Part shown: in pieces, positions 1-5,927 of the stretch | Layout of the letters: each line of letters begins with the position of its first letter | Numbering within the stretch: position 1 is the stretch's first letter | DNA from: Verrucomicrobiota bacterium | GTDB taxonomy: Bacteria; Verrucomicrobiota; Verrucomicrobiia; Chthoniobacterales; JAFAMB01 | NCBI GenBank assembly: GCA_019243005.1 | Contig: JAFAUY010000332.1 | Location: 1 to 46,559, forward strand | Direction of reading: 5' to 3' | Length of the DNA: 46,559 bases | Made by a program: the position numbers and the translations under genes | The notes under the pieces: generated by a model | What the model was told of the DNA's origin: nothing | Database searches by the model: none | What the model saw: only the letters and a program-made list of their open reading frames with translations

Positions 1-744
1 CAGGATCCCTTGGCGAAAGCGTCTGGCCTTTCCTATCTTCAATCCTGCAAGGCTGAGCAGCAAAAGATCAACAAGCTGAAGCGCGACCTCGAGCAAGCGG
101 CGCGAGATAAAGAGCGTGGGCGGCTTCAAGCAATCGAGAGAGATCTGAAGGACTCGATGGGCCGCCTTGGCGGGTACATGGCGCGGCTGTTTGACTTCCT
201 GCCGGAAAACCAAATAGCCGACTTCCCGGTTAAGCCCGGCCAGTTTGTAACCGTTCCATACAAAGGAACAGAAAGAAAGGGCGAAATCCTGTTCGTCAGT
301 GGCCCACGTGTCTACTATAAGGTGGACGCGATCTCCGGCAAGCTGGACATGCCCACCTCGGAATTTAGAGACAAATGGAAAAGTGGTGAAATTCGAGAAT
401 ATGTGGAAGGCTCGTTACGGGAGAAATACCTGGGTGGCACTCCCGGCAAAGCTTCCAACACGGGAAAAGACGTGATAAAGAGGTATAATGTCCGAACCGT
501 GGGAACCGTGGTAGAAGTAGAATGGAAACCAGGGATGTGGCATCCGTTGGCAGACTGCGACATGAGCCATGAACCAATCGACGCTGTCGATTACTGGAAC
601 AGCACGGGAAGACATACCGGACCGAAGTCAGACGAAGTCAGGAAATGGATGCTGGACCCTGCGAATTACATTCTGGAACCCTCCGCAATCAACCGGAGTC
701 GAGGATCAAGGACAAAAAGCAATTATCTCCCACCCACCGCTTAG
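1..744 (+). CDS. C-terminal part of a larger polymorphic-toxin-like protein ending in a GH-E-like HNH/EndoVII nuclease domain; gene continues past the left window edge
   Basis: The frame of ORF 10..744 has no stop back to base 1. The N part is coiled-coil-like (QQKINKLKRDLEQAARDKERGRLQAIERDLKD). The last ~60 aa, CDMSHEPIDAVDYWNSTGRHTGPKSDEVRKWMLDPANYILEPSAINRSRGS, fit the GH-E nuclease pattern (G/S-H-E ... W ... DP-x-N-Y-x-x-E ... N-R-S). Confidence 0.6.
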   Translation, partial: QDPLAKASGLSYLQSCKAEQQKINKLKRDLEQAARDKERGRLQAIERDLKDSMGRLGGYMARLFDFLPENQIADFPVKPGQFVTVPYKGTERKGEILFVSGPRVYYKVDAISGKLDMPTSEFRDKWKSGEIREYVEGSLREKYLGGTPGKASNTGKDVIKRYNVRTVGTVVEVEWKPGMWHPLADCDMSHEPIDAVDYWNSTGRHTGPKSDEVRKWMLDPANYILEPSAINRSRGSRTKSNYLPPTA

Positions 745-754
745 AGGCAAGCCG

Positions 755-1378
755 ATGCAAGATTATTTTTCCTACTTCAGAGCGCAGTCCCGTTCACAGC
801 CGTCTTGTGAAATTGTTCATCTCGGCCGGCTATACCTGCCGTCCGGGAAAATAATCTGTTCGGATCCTTTTCGAACCTCTGAAGTATCTTTTCTACGGCA
901 AACCGTTCGGGCAGGGAATTACGACGTAAACCTCTGCCTGGTTACGCTTGCAGATTGGGGTAGACGAGTGGCGCTCGCATCATTGACGTTCGAAGATCGA
1001 GAGCCAGCGCAGTGGTTGATCGCGGACTACGTCGTCGGTGGTGAAGTCTTCACCACGTTTCAAGTCGAATCCGGCCTGGCTTGCTTTATGGATCTGCAAA
1101 CCGCCGAACTCTTCGAAATGGTGATTGCTGAATATTACCGGGTTAACGCTGAGGGAAACTATTACGATGATGTTTTAGCTGCGGAGTTTAGCCGGCATGT
1201 ACCTGCAGGTTGGTCACGAAAAAGCGGTGATTGGGATCTGCACCACCCACTCAGGAATGATTCGCGAAACATCGCGATATTCGCGAGTGGCTTAGGTGAT
1301 GGAGCTTACTCGGCGTTTTGGGGTATCACGCGAGATGGCCAACCGGCAATGCTGGTCGTGGATTTCCAGCTGCTGTAA
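755..1378 (+). CDS. DUF4241 family protein, candidate immunity partner of the upstream nuclease toxin
   Basis: ATG at 755 lies 11 nt after the toxin stop, with GAGG just upstream. The 207-aa product carries DUF4241-typical blocks: SGKIICSDPF, FQVESGLACFMD, FASGLGDGAYSAFWGITRDGQPAMLVVDF. The 569 start in the ORF track overlaps the toxin gene and adds non-protein-like sequence. Confidence 0.75.
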   Translation: MQDYFSYFRAQSRSQPSCEIVHLGRLYLPSGKIICSDPFRTSEVSFLRQTVRAGNYDVNLCLVTLADWGRRVALASLTFEDREPAQWLIADYVVGGEVFTTFQVESGLACFMDLQTAELFEMVIAEYYRVNAEGNYYDDVLAAEFSRHVPAGWSRKSGDWDLHHPLRNDSRNIAIFASGLGDGAYSAFWGITRDGQPAMLVVDFQLL

Positions 1379-1523
1379 GCCTCGGGCGGTGTGGCCGGAC
1401 GCCCTTTCTGGATTGTAACTTCAGAGGCGCATCTTAAGGGGGGGTTGACGGCCTTATGTTAGCCGGCCTCATTACCCCCGATCTCACGCATTTTCTAAGA
1501 GGGAAAGCTGCTGGAAGATAAGC

Positions 1524-3551
1524 TTGTATATGGAGCCTGATGCCGTCTACCTCGACTCTCTGCCGCTGATTTCACATACCGTTGGTTACGGCACCCTGGG
1601 TACCGCCGGCCAGCTGGGGTATGAAAATAAAATGGTGTCGGTCCGTGATCACTGCTACGACCACGCCTTCAGTGCGCACCCGCCGGCACGGCTGCGGTTC
1701 CAGCTGGATGGACGTTTTCGAGGCTTTCGCTGCGGCGTCGGGGTCAACGACGACGTGCCATCAGGGCGGTCCCACGCGGATTTTATCGTGCTTGCGGACG
1801 GACGCCAGGTGGCTGCGGCCAACTTTGTCGCAGCGGAGGAGGGGGCACGCGCGCTCTGTGCCGAGATCACCGGTGCACAGGTTTTGGAGTTGGTAACCCA
1901 TACCACCAGATGGGAATACTCACATGCGGTTTGGCTCGATCCCCAGGTTACTGGAATAGCCCCATCCCGGGGCTTGACGACAGGCGTTTTGGTCGACTGT
2001 CTTCAGCGCGCGGAGCTTAGCGTGCCTAGCAAACCGCTAAGCGCTGAGCGGTGTCTCGCGACGGTGGTGTCGCCGGGTTTCACCGAGCTGCTGGATGATA
2101 TGCTTGGATCGTTGTACGCGAATGGCTGTTGCCAGGACGCCTTGGTGGTTATCTTCGCGATCAACCCCGATGAGGCCTGCGCCGCAACGGCGGCGAAGTA
2201 TCGCGCCCAGCTTGTGCATTGTCGAGCACTTCGCGCGGTTAATGCCACGAGCAAAGCGTTACTTTACTCGGCTGCGCTGGCCATCGATTCCCGCCTGTTT
2301 CTCTGTCTCGACGCCGACATGCTCGTGCTGGGTGACCTTCGGCCTGTCTTTGCCGCTCTGGAAGCGTGTCCCGAAGGAGCGATCCTCGCCTGCCGTGAGG
2401 GCAATGGGTGTGGCTGGCACAATTTCACCAATCTCAATCATGCCCTTTGCTCAGTTTACGGAGGGCGGGAGTCTGATTGGTGCAAATTCCGGGGTGTCGC
2501 TGGAGGGGAGGGTACGTATACCCTTGTCGTGAACGACGGCCTATTCGCCGGCAGTCGTGCTGCGTTGCTGGCGTTGGATGGAGTGATCCGCGCTATGAAT
2601 GGAGCACCCGCGTGGATAGACGAGAGGCATGACATCTGGTGGCGCAACCAGTTCGTGTTTAATCTGGCGCTCGCCCGTCTCGGTTGCGGTATGGAGCTGG
2701 ACGGAATTTACAATGTTCAACTCAATTCCCATGACGTTGAATTCTCGGATGAGGACGGGCACTTGCAAGCGATTTGGGGCAATCGGCCAGCGCGACTGGT
2801 GCACTTCAACGGCCTGGGACGAAAAAAATACCCGGAGTGGCGTAACCGGTATGCCTGCATACCAGATCCGATGGTGGAGACGACTGCACGCGGCCATTAC
2901 GAGGATTTTTTGACGGCGTTACGGGCGTGGATTGGCCGATATGGGTTGAAGGCGTTGGCCTGGTCTTTCTGCGGCACATCAGACGCCCACACAGGCAAAG
3001 TGTTTGATCACTCGGGATTTCCACTATTTGCCCTGCTTCATTACGTGATCCGGGCCAACGGTTGCGTGCGAGTCCTGGAGACTGGCACCGCCCGTGGCGT
3101 TTCGGCGGCCTGTTTAGCGTCAGCAGTAGCGCATCGACCCAGCAGTCAGGTGGTTACGTTTGATCCCTTTCCTCACCCTGAACGAATACCGCTTTGGGCG
3201 GCGTTGCCCGCTGCAGTTCGTGCCTGCATCGAGCAACGTAGCGTCGACTCGCTTGAAGGAATGGCCGCAGCGCTTCAGGCCGGAGAGCAATACCAGGGGG
3301 CGTTGCTCGACTCCATCCACACAGAGGAGCATGTGTGGGCGGAGTTCCAGCTTGCGGTGCAACTCGTATGCCGTAGTGGCCTGATTCTCATCCACGATTC
3401 CTGTTATGCTGGTGGAACGGTTGAGAAGGCCCTCCGCCGAATCGAGTCAGCCGGTTACAACGTGTCACGGCTGTGGGCCGCGGAGAGTGGCGTCACAGAA
3501 GATGATCATCTCGGCTTGGCGTTGGTCGTTAACAGTCGAAGAGCGGCGTAG
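1524..3551 (+). CDS. Three-domain fusion: N-terminal NPCBM/NEW2 carbohydrate-binding module, GT8-like nucleotide-sugar glycosyltransferase, and C-terminal class I SAM-dependent methyltransferase
   Basis: NPCBM pattern: YLDSLPLISHTVGYGTLGTAGQLGYENKMVSV...FRCGVGVNDDVPSGRSHADFIVLADGRQV. GT-A DxD block: FLCLDADMLVLGDLRPVF, with VHFNGLGRKKYPEW. Methyltransferase block: VRVLETGTARGVSAACLA ... ALLDSIHTEEHVWAEF ... LILIHD. No signal peptide. TTG at 1524 or ATG at 1530. Confidence 0.8.
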   Translation: MYMEPDAVYLDSLPLISHTVGYGTLGTAGQLGYENKMVSVRDHCYDHAFSAHPPARLRFQLDGRFRGFRCGVGVNDDVPSGRSHADFIVLADGRQVAAANFVAAEEGARALCAEITGAQVLELVTHTTRWEYSHAVWLDPQVTGIAPSRGLTTGVLVDCLQRAELSVPSKPLSAERCLATVVSPGFTELLDDMLGSLYANGCCQDALVVIFAINPDEACAATAAKYRAQLVHCRALRAVNATSKALLYSAALAIDSRLFLCLDADMLVLGDLRPVFAALEACPEGAILACREGNGCGWHNFTNLNHALCSVYGGRESDWCKFRGVAGGEGTYTLVVNDGLFAGSRAALLALDGVIRAMNGAPAWIDERHDIWWRNQFVFNLALARLGCGMELDGIYNVQLNSHDVEFSDEDGHLQAIWGNRPARLVHFNGLGRKKYPEWRNRYACIPDPMVETTARGHYEDFLTALRAWIGRYGLKALAWSFCGTSDAHTGKVFDHSGFPLFALLHYVIRANGCVRVLETGTARGVSAACLASAVAHRPSSQVVTFDPFPHPERIPLWAALPAAVRACIEQRSVDSLEGMAAALQAGEQYQGALLDSIHTEEHVWAEFQLAVQLVCRSGLILIHDSCYAGGTVEKALRRIESAGYNVSRLWAAESGVTEDDHLGLALVVNSRRAA

Positions 3552-3562
3552 GACGTAGGATC

Positions 3563-5878
3563 ATGAAAGTCTGCATCGGCATCCATGTGCATGCCGAGCC
3601 GGAGCGACTCCTGGCCACGCTCGCCTCAGTACGGGCCAATACGAGCGGCCAATTTCAGCTTGTGCTGTTGCCCGATGGCCCGGACGCGGCCACTGCGGCT
3701 GCTCTGGCTGAATTAGGCGACCTCCCTCAATTGGCCACGGCCGAGCCCCGTGGCAGTGCCGCGTGTTTCAACCGCCTCGCACAGTTCGACGATGCCGGTG
3801 TCGTTGTGTTATTGGAGAGTGGTGCGTTGGTTGGACCGCACTGGCTCGATCATCTGCTGGCCGCACTCCAGACCGACCCGCGCAACGGTCTGGTTGGGCC
3901 ATCCACCAACCGTTCCTGGAACGAGCAGGCAATTTTCTCCTCGTCCGAACCCATTCCGGACGATGTGGGCCGCGCCACCGCGGAAGCGGTGCACCGTACC
4001 GGGAGCGGGGTGCGGACCTTGGGACCGCTTTACAGCCTCGCTGATTTCTGTTACGGTGTGCGGCGCGAGGTGATTGAAGCGATCGGTCTCGCCGATGAGG
4101 GTTACGGCCTGGGACCGTGTTGGGAAATGGACTACAACATCCGTGCCGCCCGGGCCGGTTGGTGCGGGGTGTGGGCCTGCGCGGCCTACGTTCACCGCGC
4201 GCCGTTCACTGCCCGCCAGCGACGGGATGAGGCCCGGTTCTTTGAAGCGAGCAAACGGCGCTACCAGGACAAGTTCTGCGGTGCCCGGCTGCGCGGCGAA
4301 AAGTCCGACTACCGTACCCACTGCCGGGGCGACGCCTGCCCGAACTTTGCCCCAGCCAGGTTGATCCGGATTCGCCACACGGATCCGCCTTCTCTCCTGT
4401 TGACATCGGCTTGCGGGGGAAATGCGGAGTCTGCTAACGTTCGGATCGCAACCGCAGAGCAACCGTTAGTGAGTTGCATCATGCCGACGTGCAACCGGCT
4501 CCGGTTTGTGCCGGAAGCGGTACGCTGTTTCCTGAGACAGGATTATCCGAATCTGGAACTCGTGATCGTGGACGACGGCACCGAGTCCGTCGAGCCCATG
4601 CTGCCAGGCGATCCGCGCCTGCGGCTCATCCGGCTGGCAGGCAAGGAGAATGTCGGCGCCAAGCGTAACCTTGCCTGCGGATCGGCGAACGGCGAGTTTG
4701 TCGTCCATTGGGACGACGACGATTGGTACCCGGCCGACCGCGTCCGGCGGCAGGTCGCTGCGCTGAGTGCCGGCCGAACGGAAATCTGCGGTACCAGCAC
4801 GTTATTCTACCATGATGCCACGTCCGGGCGGGCCTGGCGTTACCGGTACTTGAACGGCAGGCACCCTTGGGTGGCAGGCAATACGCTCGCCTATCGTAAG
4901 TCCTGGTGGACCAGGCATCCGTTCCCGGAAATCCAGGTAGGCGAAGATGCCCGGTTCATCTCGACTGCACCGCGAGAGGCGGTCTGCGATCTCCTTGCGC
5001 CGGACTTGTGCGTCGCACGCATCCACAGCGGCAACACCGGCTGCAAGGTAACCAGCGGTTACTACTGGCAGGAGTGTCCGGGCAGCGAACTACAGGCGCT
5101 CTTGGGCGAAGATTGGCCTCGATTCCTTAAGGCAGAACTGCCGGCCATGGCTGCACCGGCGACACCCATGGTCTCCTGCATCATGCCGACGTTTAATCGC
5201 CGGGCTTTTCTTCGTCTGGCACTGGAATCGTTCAGCCAGCAGGATTACCCGGCAAAAGAGTTGATCGTCGTCGACGACGGCACCGACGTTGTGCAAGACG
5301 TCTTCGACGGCATGCCGGGGGTGGTTTATGTGCGCCTGCCGGCTCGGAGCTCGATCGGCGAAAAACGTAATCGTGCCTGTGCCGTCGCCCGAGGCGCAAT
5401 CATCGCCCACTGGGACGATGACGACTGGTATGCGCCGTACCGTTTACGCCATCAGATTGCCCCGCTGTTGTCGGGCCAGGCTGATCTCACAGGTTTGGAG
5501 AACTCATGCCTGGTTGACCTTTCGACCGGCCGCTTCTGGCGCACCCGCGCCGATCTGCACCGGCGGATGTTCATGGGGGATGTCCATGGCGGTACACTCG
5601 TCTATTGGAAGCGGTTGGTCTCGGACGGCCTGCGCTATCCGCCCCTTAGCCTCGCCGAGGACGCCGCGTTTATTCTTGCCGCCCTTCGCACCGGCAAACG
5701 TCTCCTGCGCCTGGCCAATGACGGAGTCTTCGTTTACGTGCGGCACGGCAATAATGCGTGGCGGTTTCAACCGGGACAATTCCTCGACCCGGGCGGGTGG
5801 GACATGATCCAGGCCCCACCCGCATTTCCTACCGAACGACTCACCGCCTACCGGGAGGCGGCCGCCGGTTCTGCCTGA
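3563..5878 (+). CDS. Glycosyltransferase with three GT2 (GT-A) modules in one polypeptide
   Basis: Module 1: MKVCIGIHVHAEPERLLATLASVRANT...LLPDGPD. Module 2: VSCIMPTCNRLRFVPEAVRCFLRQDYPNLELVIVDDGT ... HWDDDDWYPADR. Module 3: VSCIMPTFNRRAFLRLALESFSQQDYPAKELIVVDDGT ... HWDDDDWYAPYR. Starts 11 nt after the previous stop. Confidence 0.85.
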   Translation: MKVCIGIHVHAEPERLLATLASVRANTSGQFQLVLLPDGPDAATAAALAELGDLPQLATAEPRGSAACFNRLAQFDDAGVVVLLESGALVGPHWLDHLLAALQTDPRNGLVGPSTNRSWNEQAIFSSSEPIPDDVGRATAEAVHRTGSGVRTLGPLYSLADFCYGVRREVIEAIGLADEGYGLGPCWEMDYNIRAARAGWCGVWACAAYVHRAPFTARQRRDEARFFEASKRRYQDKFCGARLRGEKSDYRTHCRGDACPNFAPARLIRIRHTDPPSLLLTSACGGNAESANVRIATAEQPLVSCIMPTCNRLRFVPEAVRCFLRQDYPNLELVIVDDGTESVEPMLPGDPRLRLIRLAGKENVGAKRNLACGSANGEFVVHWDDDDWYPADRVRRQVAALSAGRTEICGTSTLFYHDATSGRAWRYRYLNGRHPWVAGNTLAYRKSWWTRHPFPEIQVGEDARFISTAPREAVCDLLAPDLCVARIHSGNTGCKVTSGYYWQECPGSELQALLGEDWPRFLKAELPAMAAPATPMVSCIMPTFNRRAFLRLALESFSQQDYPAKELIVVDDGTDVVQDVFDGMPGVVYVRLPARSSIGEKRNRACAVARGAIIAHWDDDDWYAPYRLRHQIAPLLSGQADLTGLENSCLVDLSTGRFWRTRADLHRRMFMGDVHGGTLVYWKRLVSDGLRYPPLSLAEDAAFILAALRTGKRLLRLANDGVFVYVRHGNNAWRFQPGQFLDPGGWDMIQAPPAFPTERLTAYREAAAGSA

Positions 5879-5927
5879 ACTAATTACGTCTTTTCGGACA
5901 AATCCGTTGTGGCTGGTGAGGTGTAGC

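Noticed and set aside
569-754. Upstream extension of the DUF4241 ORF (start at 569)
   Set aside because: The extension overlaps the toxin gene in another frame and reads as non-protein-like sequence. ATG 755 with an upstream GAGG gives a normal-length DUF4241 protein.
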